From the NCBI GenBank assembly GCA_965215265.1, contig OZ244048.1, forward strand, positions 1,376,001 to 1,440,000: a stretch of DNA of 64,000 nt, given 5' to 3'. Below the pieces are notes generated by a model, which worked only from the letters and a program-made list of their open reading frames with translations, was not told the DNA's origin and made no database searches. The stretch comes from Candidatus Poribacteria bacterium (GTDB taxonomy: Bacteria; Poribacteria; WGA-4E; WGA-3G). Shown here piece after piece: positions 49,365-60,243 of the stretch (positions within the stretch are counted from its first letter, which is position 1; each line of letters opens with the position of its first letter). A program made the translations under genes and the position numbers.

Positions 49365-50318
49365 CTAAGCGGGTAAAGGTCCCTCTATCTCATCTACGAG
49401 GTGAATAGAATGAATGACATCGCGGAGGTCTGTCAGGGGGACTTTCGTATTGTGTATACAATCAATGAAATGGCGGTGCATTGTTAAAACCCCTTCATAG
49501 CTGGCTGAGTCGCGCTGGTCGACACCGTCCACCGCCCATCCGCCCATAACTTTTCTATTGTTGTCCTCATAAATTTCAATCTCTTCCGGAATTTTCAGAT
49601 AACATCCGATTCCGACACCATGTAATTCAGAGCGTAGTACGCGTCCGCCTGAGGCCCGGTTGCCGAAAAGCACCCCCGTAACGTTATTATCAAATCGGAT
49701 GAAGGCGGTGTAGAAATTGCGCTGTTCTGCACTGAACGTGTCGCGATGTGCTGTTACTTCGACGGCTTCCCCGCCTGCCATGTACCGTAGCAAATCAACA
49801 ACATGGCAGACATCGTTCCAAAGGGTAGTCGTAAATTCTCGATTTTGCCCGAGGATCTGCTTGTTAAACGTAGTAACAGCTAATGAAACAGGTCCTTTTT
49901 CTGCAACACGTCGCATCGCTTCGCGCGTCACTGCAGCATAGCGCCGTTGAAAACCGACCATGCAGTATACGTTGTTTGCAATTGCTGCTTCTAAAAGTTG
50001 GTGGGTTTCGTCGCTTGTTGCCCCTGGCGGTTTTTCAATAAAGAGATGTTTTCCGGCATTCAGGCAATCCAACGCCGGCTGCAAAATCCATTTCTCGTTC
50101 ATCACACAGTAAACGATGTCCAAGTCGACCTTATCCAACATCTTACGGTGGTCGGTGAACGTGTGTGGAAATTCATATTTTTGTGCGACCTGGGCTAATT
50201 TAGTTTCGTCAAGTTCACACGCTGCAAACATCTCTACCTCCTCTTCGAGACGGTTGACGTTTGGATAATGGGCACCTTGACTACGCCCACCAGCGCCGAT
50301 AAATCCTGCTTTAAACAT
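49365..50318 (-). CDS. Gfo/Idh/MocA oxidoreductase
   Basis: GFIGAGG, HLFIEKP, VGFQRRY and NDVCHVVD motifs. Confidence 0.92.
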   Translation of the reverse strand: MFKAGFIGAGGRSQGAHYPNVNRLEEEVEMFAACELDETKLAQVAQKYEFPHTFTDHRKMLDKVDLDIVYCVMNEKWILQPALDCLNAGKHLFIEKPPGATSDETHQLLEAAIANNVYCMVGFQRRYAAVTREAMRRVAEKGPVSLAVTTFNKQILGQNREFTTTLWNDVCHVVDLLRYMAGGEAVEVTAHRDTFSAEQRNFYTAFIRFDNNVTGVLFGNRASGGRVLRSELHGVGIGCYLKIPEEIEIYEDNNRKVMGGWAVDGVDQRDSASYEGVLTMHRHFIDCIHNTKVPLTDLRDVIHSIHLVDEIEGPLPA

Positions 50319-50630
50319 AGAGAATTCCCCTTAAAATCTAATTCTTCTTGCATCTTGTATTTGCAGATATTTCGCTACATCTATCCGTACGTTGTTTGCC
50401 AATGCATAAGTTATTTTACTAGGATGCGATGTCCCTGTCAAGAAAATTAATTAACTTTTTTACTTGTCCCCATGCTTCGGACACCAAACAAAGCTGCCTA
50501 CATATTTGTTTGCGAACAGCCGCTCCCGGGCTTTCCGAGATGTTTACCCAAAATCGTTAGGAAAAAACTTGACTTTCTTAACATGTCGTGATATGATATT
50601 AAATCACCTCTGCTGATAGGAAATCAACCT

Positions 50631-52373
50631 ATGAACGACAAAAAAATGAAAATTCTGATTAGCGTGCCTATCTTTTTAGGGCTCTGTTTGGTCTGTATGT
50701 GGCAGGAATCTCGTATTTTTTCTACAGATCCGAACTTGGTCTGGTACAGCACCGTGCCCCCGCTCCTCGCTGTCACCTTAGCAATTCTAACAACACGACT
50801 AATATTGAGTCTCGGTGTGGCAGTAGGCGTGGGCATTATACTGTCGTGGCTTCAACAAGAGACAACGCTCCCCGGTTTTTTTAGTGAGATAGTTTGGTTT
50901 GTTCGCGAAGTGACTGTAACGAATGACGGCATAGATCTGTTCAATTTCTGGGTTATCCTGTTTGTGTGCCTGATCATGTCGGTGATTTCTGTGGTGGTAG
51001 CGTCTGGTGGCATTGAAGGTGTCGTTGCGTGGCTTTCTCAGTATGCGAGGGGCCCCCGTTCTACACAGTTCATCACAACGTTGATGGGCCTGATCATTTT
51101 TATAGGCGATTATTCCAACGCGATGTTGGTTGGTCCTACGATGCGCCCGTTGACCGATCATTATCGGATCAGTCGTGAAAAATTGGCGTATCTCGTAGAC
51201 TCTACCAGTGCGCCGATTGCGGGCCTCGCGTTTGTTAGCACGTGGATAGGCTACGAAGTTGGTCTCTTTAACGATGTTGCTAAATCCATCGGTATAGAAA
51301 AAGATGGATATGCGATGTTCTTTGACGCGCTCGGTTTTCGGTTTTACTGTATCCTCACCATTATTTTCGTTTTGGTGAATGCCATCAGTGGCAGAGATTA
51401 CGGCCTTATGCACAAGGCTGAGGCCCGGGCGCGGAAAACAGGACAAGTCTCTGCGCCGGATGCCCAAGCATTAGGGGACACGCTGAGTTTCAGTCAGGTT
51501 TCGAGTGCGCGCACACATCCGTTGTCAGCTGTTTTACCGCTTCTGACGCTTTTAGGATTGCTGCTGGGAGGATTCTGGATAGATGGCAGTGCTGCCGGGT
51601 CCCTTTTTTCAATCGCTGCATGGCGAGATGCGTTTTTAAAAGCGAGTAGCGGTGCTATCTTTTCGCTGAATGCCTGGCGTGCCGCACTATCAGATGCGAA
51701 CAACGTCATGGTGCTTGCGCTTGCAGCCGCTAGTGCCTTTGTTGTCGCGATTGTATGTGCGCGTTGTCTTTCAAAATTGCGATTTTCAGACATAGGTGCG
51801 GCTGTGTGGAACGGTGTTAAAGGAAGCCTGCTCCCGTTGAGCATTCTATTGTTGGCGTGGGGGCTAAAAGCCGGTTGTGATAAACTTTTGACCGGGCAAT
51901 TTCTCTCAGCAATACTTGAAGGTATCGTATCTGCACTCTGGTTCCCAATACTTGTGTTCGCCGTCGCTTCGGTTACCTCTTTTGCAACCGGGACGAGCTG
52001 GGGGACTATGGCGATTCTTATCCCGACGGCTATTCCGGTCGCGTTTTCGCTTGATAACGGGACCTACGGCATCACGACGATTATCTGCCTGGGTGCAGTA
52101 CTGGATGGCGCGATCTTCGGCGACCACTGTTCGCCGGTTTCAGATACGACGATTCTGAGTTCGATTGCGAGCAATTGTGATGCCTTACACCATGTAAGGA
52201 CGCAATTGCCTTACAGTCTCACCGTTGCAGCCCTAGCGATAGTGTGTGGCTATCTACCTGCAGCCCTTGGCATTTCATCATTCGTCGGAATTGCCGGTGG
52301 TGCGTTATTAATTCTATTATTATTTTACGGGCTCTCCCGTTTTCGCTACTGGCAGCAATCGAGTGTTTCTTAA
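50631..52373 (+). CDS. Na+/H+ antiporter NhaC family transporter
   Basis: ISREKLAYLVDSTSAP, FATGTSWGT and GAIFGDHCSPVSDTTILSS motifs. Confidence 0.92.
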   Translation: MNDKKMKILISVPIFLGLCLVCMWQESRIFSTDPNLVWYSTVPPLLAVTLAILTTRLILSLGVAVGVGIILSWLQQETTLPGFFSEIVWFVREVTVTNDGIDLFNFWVILFVCLIMSVISVVVASGGIEGVVAWLSQYARGPRSTQFITTLMGLIIFIGDYSNAMLVGPTMRPLTDHYRISREKLAYLVDSTSAPIAGLAFVSTWIGYEVGLFNDVAKSIGIEKDGYAMFFDALGFRFYCILTIIFVLVNAISGRDYGLMHKAEARARKTGQVSAPDAQALGDTLSFSQVSSARTHPLSAVLPLLTLLGLLLGGFWIDGSAAGSLFSIAAWRDAFLKASSGAIFSLNAWRAALSDANNVMVLALAAASAFVVAIVCARCLSKLRFSDIGAAVWNGVKGSLLPLSILLLAWGLKAGCDKLLTGQFLSAILEGIVSALWFPILVFAVASVTSFATGTSWGTMAILIPTAIPVAFSLDNGTYGITTIICLGAVLDGAIFGDHCSPVSDTTILSSIASNCDALHHVRTQLPYSLTVAALAIVCGYLPAALGISSFVGIAGGALLILLLFYGLSRFRYWQQSSVS

Positions 52374-53269
52374 TCTAAATCGGGAAACCGCAAGAACCGT
52401 TTCGCGTTTCCGCCCATAATGCCAGCCAACTCAGATTGGGATAGATTTGGCAAGAGCTGCTGCACAACGGTGGTGAGTTCTCCATATCCTGGATTCTCCA
52501 AAATCCAGGGAAAATCTGTTGCCCACATCAACCGTTTTGCCCCAAAATCAGTCAGTAAGCTCCGGTGCCAGCCTGCTAGGTCGTTATATGGAAAAGCCTC
52601 TTTACTGAATGCGTACTGGCCGGATAGATGTACTGTCACATTCTCAAAACGTGCCAGCCGGTAGGTTGTGTGCATTGCAAGGTTGTACCCTGTGACTTCA
52701 ATCCGTGGTCGTCCTTGCTTATCCCAACTGAATTTCCCTTTCCCGGGGCACATTCCCAGGTGATTCATAACAACCCGTACCTGCGGGAATTCTTGTATAA
52801 GGTAGGGGAGCAGGTGTGCATCAATGGCCCGTGGATAAAGCCAGAGGACATAATCCTGTTGGGCTGCATATTGCCAGATACGATAGGTTTCGAATTCTCG
52901 GAGAGAGATTTTTGCGAAGATATCGCGCGGTCCCCCAATGGTAGAGAGGCGGAACCCAATAACACCGCTGCCATCAGCCAATTCTGCCATGTGTTCCTCT
53001 GGATGCGGGTGCTCTGGCGGGATGAGCCCGATGCCTAAAAATCGTTTTGGATAGGTTTTTAGACAGTGCAGCAAATAGTTATGATGGGCTAAACTGGTGC
53101 CGCCTATTTGAACGAGCACTGCTTGGTCAATCTGGTGTTTTTCCATTTCGCCCAGCAATTTCTCTGCGGATTCCTCGCGTTCTGCCGGGCAAACTGGGGT
53201 CGTCTCACGTGGGAATTCGGCAGATGCCTTGGTAAAGACATGAAGGTGTGCATCAATTCGTGGCATCAT
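52370..53269 (-). CDS. Amidohydrolase_2 family protein
   Basis: IDAHLHVF, NHLG and RLMWATDFP motifs. Confidence 0.88.
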   Translation of the reverse strand: MMPRIDAHLHVFTKASAEFPRETTPVCPAEREESAEKLLGEMEKHQIDQAVLVQIGGTSLAHHNYLLHCLKTYPKRFLGIGLIPPEHPHPEEHMAELADGSGVIGFRLSTIGGPRDIFAKISLREFETYRIWQYAAQQDYVLWLYPRAIDAHLLPYLIQEFPQVRVVMNHLGMCPGKGKFSWDKQGRPRIEVTGYNLAMHTTYRLARFENVTVHLSGQYAFSKEAFPYNDLAGWHRSLLTDFGAKRLMWATDFPWILENPGYGELTTVVQQLLPNLSQSELAGIMGGNAKRFLRFPDLD

Positions 53270-53304
53270 AACACTGCTCCTATTTATCAGCAAGGGTGAT
53301 TTAT

Positions 53305-54018
53305 TTATTCTAAACTGAAAAGCTTCCGGCGGGCTGGGGTTGTGCAATACTCGGAGATTGCCGCAAACTGCTCTGGACTTACCCGGTCCGGCGTTTTCTT
53401 CTCATAAATCAAAATAATCGATTTCCGTGGTATATTCGAGTGGTTATCCATAGAGACGTGCCATCCGTATGAATTGAACATAATTGCGGTACCGGCTTTA
53501 CCGGGAAAAGTTTTATGTCCGGGCATACTCTCTTGATGCAGCGGTCGTGTATAAGGGCCGGCATCCGGTTTATGACTTCCCGGTACATAAGCAAATTCCC
53601 CAGACCGGGGTGCGACATCATTAACATAAATTTGCACCTTAATGTGGAGTGGATTGCGCTGAGGCACGTCTGGATGCCACCCGGTATAACTCACTGGCCA
53701 TGGTGCCACTGTACGAACCTGCGGTCCTAACAAGATAAGTTGATCATCAGTAAATTCCATTAATGCGCCGTAGTAGCTAGGGTAATCAATAATATCTATA
53801 AAAATCGGATCTTTTTCAAGTGGATTGGGAATATCATAAAAAGTCGCAGCCGCTTCGCCGGCCTCAACTCTATCTAACCATTCGGCTTTACAAGTATCCG
53901 CCCAATAGTCAAAAGCCGTCTGGAGCCGTTTTAAATCGTCTCCGTGAATAGCATTTTCAAAGACGAGGTATCCCTCGTCTTCCCAGTGTACCTTTTGCGT
54001 AGGAGTCGGTCGAATCAT
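53305..54018 (-). CDS. PhyH family dioxygenase
   Basis: WHPD, VPGSH and FNSYGWH motifs. Confidence 0.88.
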   Translation of the reverse strand: MIRPTPTQKVHWEDEGYLVFENAIHGDDLKRLQTAFDYWADTCKAEWLDRVEAGEAAATFYDIPNPLEKDPIFIDIIDYPSYYGALMEFTDDQLILLGPQVRTVAPWPVSYTGWHPDVPQRNPLHIKVQIYVNDVAPRSGEFAYVPGSHKPDAGPYTRPLHQESMPGHKTFPGKAGTAIMFNSYGWHVSMDNHSNIPRKSIILIYEKKTPDRVSPEQFAAISEYCTTPARRKLFSLE

Positions 54019-54031
54019 GATAAACCTCCTC

Positions 54032-55075
54032 TTATCTCACTTTACCTCTGCCTGCAATTTGCCAAATCGCCTCAACGTTATCGCCCCTCACAGCCGCCAT
54101 CTCATCGTGAAGGTTGCTTGTCATGCCTTGGTGCAGCGGAATAACAGAGAGGCGTTCCCCCACGCGAAATCGATGCGAAGATTTGCTGACATCCACGTGT
54201 CCATGTTCAACAGACATCCCGTAAATCTTCGCGTTAGGATGTTCAATGATATGTCCATAAGGCATTGGGGGGTAACTGGTAAAAGTCTTTTGCCCTCCAT
54301 CAATGATAATCCGTTCTGCAGTTGGCGTGCTCACCACAGTCACAATGATTCGCAGTGCGCATCGCGATGGGGACAACATGTCCGAATTCCCGATGCGCGT
54401 CATCCCCTCGTAGACGTAAGAGCCGGTTCGTGTTTCCGTGCATCCAATTTGCTTTGATATCGCCTCAGCTCCTGTGCCCCCGCCGCTGATAATATTAACA
54501 GGAATGCCATCGCGCCGCAGCAAGTCGAGCGTCTGCTCAATAAACGGTTTCGCACGCAGGTGACTCGGGTATGTCATGATTCCTCGGAGATCCAGTCCGG
54601 GCAACGCGACAACTTTTCGTGCGAGGGTTTGTGCCGATTGCGGTGAACCGACACCGCAACGGCCGCCCCCGGTGTCCAGCTCTATCAGTAACGGTACAAC
54701 ACAACCTTCCTGACTTGCGGCATGAGATATCCCGGCTGCTGTCTCTTCAGAATCTAGTGCAACGGTAATATCTGCCTGTTTTACCAGGGCTGTCAACCGT
54801 TTTAACTTGGGTGTGCCAATAATATTATAAGGAATCAGGATATCGTCAATGCCGGCACCTACCATAGCCTCTGCTTCGCCAAGTTTTTGGCACGTAATTC
54901 CGTTAGAGCCAGCAGCAAGTTGAAGTTTAGCAATCTCTGGCACCTTATGTGTTTTTGAGTGTACGCGGAGGGCAATCCCGATATCAGTACAGCGTGCTGC
55001 CATACCGCCAATATTACGTTCAAGAACGTCCAAGTCTATAATAAGCGCGGGCGTATCAAGGTCTGCGAGATGCAT
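54032..55075 (-). CDS. PLP-dependent D-threonine aldolase / D-serine dehydratase (DSD1) family
   Basis: LDTPALIID, LRVHSKTHK, RCGV, DGGQK and SVEHG motifs. Confidence 0.9.
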   Translation of the reverse strand: MHLADLDTPALIIDLDVLERNIGGMAARCTDIGIALRVHSKTHKVPEIAKLQLAAGSNGITCQKLGEAEAMVGAGIDDILIPYNIIGTPKLKRLTALVKQADITVALDSEETAAGISHAASQEGCVVPLLIELDTGGGRCGVGSPQSAQTLARKVVALPGLDLRGIMTYPSHLRAKPFIEQTLDLLRRDGIPVNIISGGGTGAEAISKQIGCTETRTGSYVYEGMTRIGNSDMLSPSRCALRIIVTVVSTPTAERIIIDGGQKTFTSYPPMPYGHIIEHPNAKIYGMSVEHGHVDVSKSSHRFRVGERLSVIPLHQGMTSNLHDEMAAVRGDNVEAIWQIAGRGKVR

Positions 55076-55280
55076 CTCTTTTCCCTACAAGGATTTTCCA
55101 TATAGTCTATATTTAGCACACTTTTTTGTCAACGTGCTGAGCAAGTTTTTTCTTGTTTTTGATGTCTGCTGATTTGGAGATAAGTTTGGCCGCCGCCTTT
55201 TTACCAAAACTCTAAACTTGACAAACCAGACCTGTTTGTAGTATCATTAAAAATACCATGTTATAAAAAGGACAGTAAAA

Positions 55281-56567
55281 ATGGAGAACGTTTTTGAAAC
55301 CCTCAAGGAACGCGGTTTCGTAGAACAGTGTACCAATGAAGAGAAGGTAGCGGAGCTGCTATCAGAAAAGCAGCTTAGCTACTACGTAGGTTTCGACCCA
55401 ACCGCCGAGAGTCTCCACGTTGGTAGCCTTGTCCCTATCATGGCAATGGCCCATCTCCAACGTGCAGGACACCAACCGATTGCCATCATCGGTGGGGGTA
55501 CAACCATGATTGGCGACCCGAGCGATAAAACTGAGATGCGCCAATTGATGGCGTTTGAACAGATCGAGGCCAACGGTGCTGCTATTCTAAAACAGTTACA
55601 ACGTTACCTGAAACTCCAACAATCCACAGTCAATAACACCGGCGAAGAAGGATTGTTCATGAATAATGCTGATTGGCTGCTCTCTCTAAATTACATTGAA
55701 TTTCTACGCAACATTGGCAGACACTTCCGTGTCAATGAAATGATTCGCGTAGAAGGCTACCGGCAACGGCTTGAACGCGAGGAAGGGCTCTCCTTCCTTG
55801 AATTTAACTATCAACTCCTCCAGGCTTACGACTTCTTGTATCTTCATAAGAGACATGGATGCGTTCTCCAACTTGGTGGTGACGATCAGTGGAGCAATAT
55901 CCTTGCAGGTGTGGCCCTTGTCCGCCGGATTGCAGGTAAACGGGTACACGCTCTCACCTTCCCACTGCTCACTACAGCCGGCGGTACAAAGATGGGCAAA
56001 ACCGCGGATGGTGCAGTCTGGCTTGACGCGAAACGGACATCACCCTATCAGTTTTATCAATACTGGATTAACACCGACGACCGGGACGTAGAAAGATTCT
56101 TAGCCTATTTCACCTTTCTCCCGATGGACGAGGTGCGACAACTCGGCAGATTGGAACACGCGGCTATTCGTGAAGCAAAAGCTGTACTCGCCTACGAAGC
56201 GACTAAACTTGCACATGGAAAAGCCGAAGCAGCCAATGCACAAGCAGCATCGCACGCTGCTTTTGGGGGGAGCAGCCGGGGCATGGAGCTCACCGGAATA
56301 CCTACTTCTACTATTGCGTCTGAGCAACTCCAAACAGGCATTCCAATCATCGAGTTGTTCCATCAGGTTGGCTTAGCCAATTCACGTAGTGAAGCGCGAC
56401 GTCTCATTCAACAGGGCGGAGCATATATTAACGAGAAGCAGTATCGCGAGATAGATACCGTTATTGATAAAACCCGTCTTGAGAAGAGTGCATTGCTTCT
56501 TCGTGCGGGGAAGAAGCGTTACCATCGCGTTGTTCTTGAAGGAAATGAAACCGATTCGTCTCTCTAA
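55281..56567 (+). CDS. tyrS: Tyrosyl-tRNA synthetase
   Basis: YVGFDPTAESLHVGS, QLGGDDQW, KMGKT and a C-terminal S4 domain; promoter TTGACA-18-TATCAT at about 55218. Confidence 0.98.
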   Translation: MENVFETLKERGFVEQCTNEEKVAELLSEKQLSYYVGFDPTAESLHVGSLVPIMAMAHLQRAGHQPIAIIGGGTTMIGDPSDKTEMRQLMAFEQIEANGAAILKQLQRYLKLQQSTVNNTGEEGLFMNNADWLLSLNYIEFLRNIGRHFRVNEMIRVEGYRQRLEREEGLSFLEFNYQLLQAYDFLYLHKRHGCVLQLGGDDQWSNILAGVALVRRIAGKRVHALTFPLLTTAGGTKMGKTADGAVWLDAKRTSPYQFYQYWINTDDRDVERFLAYFTFLPMDEVRQLGRLEHAAIREAKAVLAYEATKLAHGKAEAANAQAASHAAFGGSSRGMELTGIPTSTIASEQLQTGIPIIELFHQVGLANSRSEARRLIQQGGAYINEKQYREIDTVIDKTRLEKSALLLRAGKKRYHRVVLEGNETDSSL

Positions 56568-56843
56568 TAGGGCAGGAACCGTAAATGTGCTGAACCTGCA
56601 ACGCCTTGTGCTGCGATGACTCGCTATTACCCATAAATAGTACAAGGGTGCAATTCCGCTTGAGAAGAAGCGGATTTAGAGAGTTTTTTCTGTGTACGCA
56701 AACTGTACGCTCCCAACAGCCGCCGGGTCGTCTGGGTTTGAGGTTTTGGGGCTCTGGTGGGCGAAAGCACGTGATGGCTAAACGAAATTTATGGGTAACA
56801 GTCAGTCTGCGATTAAGGGTAAAATTCATAATAGGAAACCGCC

Positions 56844-58379
56844 ATGGGATCAACCGGAACCCCCTTCAAGCGTCTAATCTTTATCCTAATTGATGGTGCA
56901 CCTTACCACATCTTTGAGGAGCTAGTCGAAAACGGAGACCTGCCCAACATCAAAAAATATGTGGTGGCGGCTGGGTGTCTCAAAAAAGCGGTTTCCGTTT
57001 TTCCGTCAACGACTGGCCCCGCCTTTACGCCTTTTTTCATGGGACTGTTTCCTGGTACAGCGAATATCCCGGGCATCCGGTGGCTGTCAAAAAGCGAATT
57101 TCAGAATCCTCATAGGTTCAAACGTCCAGGTGTCTGTAGTTATATGGGGCTTGACGCATTGAGTTTTGAGGCGGACCTGCCATCAGACTTCCCAACCCTG
57201 TTTGACTTTTTCTCACCTGTCAGCAACATTTATAACCCGCTTGCCCGTGGATGTCCGCCAGTAAAAAACTTGACGCGATGGGTAAAACCGGTTGCTTACA
57301 CATACGCGCATTTTTCGCACCGGTGGCGATTCGTAAATCAGATAGCACGCCGTCATCTCTGCGAAGCTGTGGAAGCCGGTGACAACTTTGTGATGTGCCT
57401 TTTTCCAGCCGTGGATACCTTTTCGCATCTCTCGCACACGCAATCGCCACAAGTACTTGAGACCTACCGGGAAATCGATACGACTGTCGGACAGCTCGTA
57501 GCGACATTGCAAAGAGACAAGACGTTTGATGAAACGCTCATTGTGATGACGAGCGACCATGGGATGACAAATACGCATACTCATATTGATGTTGTGCAAT
57601 CTCTCGATAACGCAGGATGGCGATGTTTGCATTACCCGTGCCTCTGGCGGCGCAATGTCAGATGTGCGAGTATGGTGTCGGGCAATGGGATGACGCATCT
57701 CTACTTTAAAAACGAGGCTGTCAGCTTAGGTATAGATATCGAATCCCAAGGCTGGGGTGAACGTATTCCTTTTGAGCACTTTCAGCAAATCGGTATTGTA
57801 GAAACACTCTTAGCACTTGAAGGCTTAGCACTTGTTGCGGGGCAAAGCGAAGACGGAGGCATTATTATTCAAAATCGAGTTGGAAAGGCGAAAATCAGAT
57901 GTCATAAAGCAACAGAGCTAGATGCAAAGTCTCCGCTCTTTTCCTACCGATTTGAACACGCAGATCCGCTCGGGTACGGTACGAATTATGATATGTTATC
58001 CTCACGCGAGCTGCTACAGCACACGTACAATACGCCGTATCCGGATGCTATCGTCCAACTCTGGCAAATCTTCCAGAGTCTTCGTACCGGAGATCTGGTT
58101 TTAAGTGCCGAAAAGGGTTATGACTTACGTGCCCGTTATGAAATCCCGGAGCATCATGCGACACACGGTGCTTTACTTGCCGAGCATCTACACATACCGC
58201 TGGCAATGAACGTGCCAATTGACGAAGAATGCATCCGTTCTGTTGATATTTTCCCAACACTCTTAAACTTGTGCGGACACCATGTTACCCACTTTCCAGT
58301 CCATCGGGCTGGTTCTGCAGATTGTGAAGAACAGTTTTCCTTACTGATCGACAGAATTGATGGTGAAATTGTAAGGTGA
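56844..58379 (+). CDS. Alkaline phosphatase superfamily / type I phosphodiesterase
   Basis: LIFILIDG, VFPSTT, DTFSH, TSDHG and HATHG motifs. Confidence 0.85.
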   Translation: MGSTGTPFKRLIFILIDGAPYHIFEELVENGDLPNIKKYVVAAGCLKKAVSVFPSTTGPAFTPFFMGLFPGTANIPGIRWLSKSEFQNPHRFKRPGVCSYMGLDALSFEADLPSDFPTLFDFFSPVSNIYNPLARGCPPVKNLTRWVKPVAYTYAHFSHRWRFVNQIARRHLCEAVEAGDNFVMCLFPAVDTFSHLSHTQSPQVLETYREIDTTVGQLVATLQRDKTFDETLIVMTSDHGMTNTHTHIDVVQSLDNAGWRCLHYPCLWRRNVRCASMVSGNGMTHLYFKNEAVSLGIDIESQGWGERIPFEHFQQIGIVETLLALEGLALVAGQSEDGGIIIQNRVGKAKIRCHKATELDAKSPLFSYRFEHADPLGYGTNYDMLSSRELLQHTYNTPYPDAIVQLWQIFQSLRTGDLVLSAEKGYDLRARYEIPEHHATHGALLAEHLHIPLAMNVPIDEECIRSVDIFPTLLNLCGHHVTHFPVHRAGSADCEEQFSLLIDRIDGEIVR

Positions 58380-58581
58380 CTATCAAGTTTTCCACAGTAA
58401 CATGAAAAAAGAATTTGACTTTTACCGTAAATTATGGTAATATATAATAAAATGCGTTAGTATTTTTAAACCCTTTATTGTGGATAACGTCTTATATGAC
58501 TAAAGACATGCAACTTAAGTGAAAAAAGGCGAAAGCAGGTGCTATCGTCGTACGAAGCTGTACGAACTGACTGAGAGTTGA

Positions 58582-58746
58582 ATGATGCAAACGATTGAAC
58601 ACAACGCCAACTTTACAGTACAAGCTAGCCGCGTGCCCTTTACTTTGGCTGATTTACGTGGCGGCTATCTGTACACCTGGCCGCTTTTCGCGCTCGGGTT
58701 GTACCTTTATTTTTACGGTGACTGTAGGGTGGCGAAGGTTCGTTAG
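58582..58746 (+). CDS. Putative attenuator leader peptide (54 aa, Leu/Tyr/Phe/Trp-rich)
   Basis: MMQTIEHNANFTVQASRVPFTLADLRGGYLYTWPLFALGLYLYFYGDCRVAKVR, followed by a terminator, upstream of aroF-leuA. Confidence 0.6.
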   Translation: MMQTIEHNANFTVQASRVPFTLADLRGGYLYTWPLFALGLYLYFYGDCRVAKVR

Positions 58747-58795
58747 TCATCAGTTTCTTGATGACAATTTAAGATTTTCATAACGTTTTATCACC

Positions 58796-58832
58796 ACCCA
58801 GCGTCCAAAACCTTTGATGTTGGGTATTTTTT
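58796..58832 (+). terminator. Intrinsic terminator of the putative attenuator
   Basis: ACCCAGCGTC...GATGTTGGGT stem (with G-U pairs) followed by ATTTTTT. Confidence 0.65.
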
Positions 58833-59103
58833 GTTACGGAGTATAGCGATGAATAGCGACTCCTGTAATATGCCCGAATAGAATGAGGGCAAAAAAAATA
58901 AGAACTCATACCAAATGAACGTCATTCGTGTTACTTCCCACGTGTCGGGAGCACACGAGGTATCCTTTCATCTGCTCAGCCGCGGCACGGATATAGGGTA
59001 AAACAAGCACTGAGCCTGAAGCGGCACGTGAAGAGGACGAGTGCCTTAACGTAATTTGATATGACATAGCCCGAGGGTTATTTGTCGGAGGAAGTTCATA
59101 AAG

Positions 59104-60120
59104 ATGGTAATCGTTACCAAAACCGATGCAACACAAGAACAAATTGATGCGGTTGTCCAACGAATCAAGAGTGTCGGCTTGAAAGCACAAGTTTCAACTG
59201 GTGAACAACGCACTGTCATCGGTGTCATAGGGGACAAAACATTGCTTGGTGATATTCCGATAGAGTCGATGTCCGGCGTTGAACGCACAATGCCGATTAC
59301 TGCGCCATTTAAACTGGCCAGCCGCCAATTTAGAGAGGAACCGACGATTATTGCTGTGAACGGCACAAAGATTGGTGGGAGGCAGCTACCTGTCATCGCC
59401 GGACCGTGTGCGGTAGAAAGCACAGAACAGATAGTCACTATTGCCCACCATGTGAAAGAAGCAGGTGCCAGTTTTATCCGTGGCGGCGCTTTTAAACCGC
59501 GTACCGGGCCTTACAGTTTCCAAGGCTACGGGGAGAACGCGCTCGAAATGCTGGCAGAAGCCAAAAACGAGACCGGACTGGGCATCGTTACAGAAGTTAT
59601 GACCCCGCATGAAGTTGATTTGGTTGGGCAGTGTACGGATATTTTTCAACTCGGTACTCGGAACATGACCAATTTCTACCTATTGCGCGAGGTCGGCAAA
59701 GCGGGGAAACCGGTTATCCTCAAACGCGGCATGAGCTCGACGATTGAGGAATGGCTACTTGCTGCAGAGTACATCCTCGCGGAAGGAAACCCGGATGTCA
59801 TCTTGTGTGAACGTGGCATCCGCACCTTTGAAACGCATACACGTAACACACTCGATCTCAACGCTGTCCCAGTTGTTCATGAATTGAGCCACTTACCTAT
59901 CATCGTAGACCCCAGCCATGGAACGGGTATCCGGAGCCTTGTGAGTGATATGACAAAAGCCTCTGTCGCATCGGGTGCAGATGGACTCTTGCTTGAAGTC
60001 CATCATGATCCGGATCATTCTATGACAGGCGACGGTGCACAGTCACTGTTCCCAGAACAGTTTGAGCAGCTCATGAAGGAATTGAAGCCAATTGCGCACG
60101 CCGTTGGACGGGAGATATAA
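59104..60120 (+). CDS. aroF: DAHP synthase type I-beta with N-terminal regulatory domain
   Basis: [31 protein letters not shown] and VDPSH motifs. Confidence 0.96.
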   Translation: MVIVTKTDATQEQIDAVVQRIKSVGLKAQVSTGEQRTVIGVIGDKTLLGDIPIESMSGVERTMPITAPFKLASRQFREEPTIIAVNGTKIGGRQLPVIAGPCAVESTEQIVTIAHHVKEAGASFIRGGAFKPRTGPYSFQGYGENALEMLAEAKNETGLGIVTEVMTPHEVDLVGQCTDIFQLGTRNMTNFYLLREVGKAGKPVILKRGMSSTIEEWLLAAEYILAEGNPDVILCERGIRTFETHTRNTLDLNAVPVVHELSHLPIIVDPSHGTGIRSLVSDMTKASVASGADGLLLEVHHDPDHSMTGDGAQSLFPEQFEQLMKELKPIAHAVGREI

Positions 60121-60243
60121 ACCGCCGAGGAGAAAGGTTTTTAAATTATTGCTGATTTACAGTGTCGTAGTGCGAGTCTTGAGACTTTGTGCATCCAAGA
60201 CACAATGTCTGGGCACTGGATATCGCGTTTGGAGGAAGACACC

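Noticed and set aside
55080-55280. T-box leader for tyrS
   Set aside because: The promoter is only about 30 bp from the start codon and no T-box motif is visible
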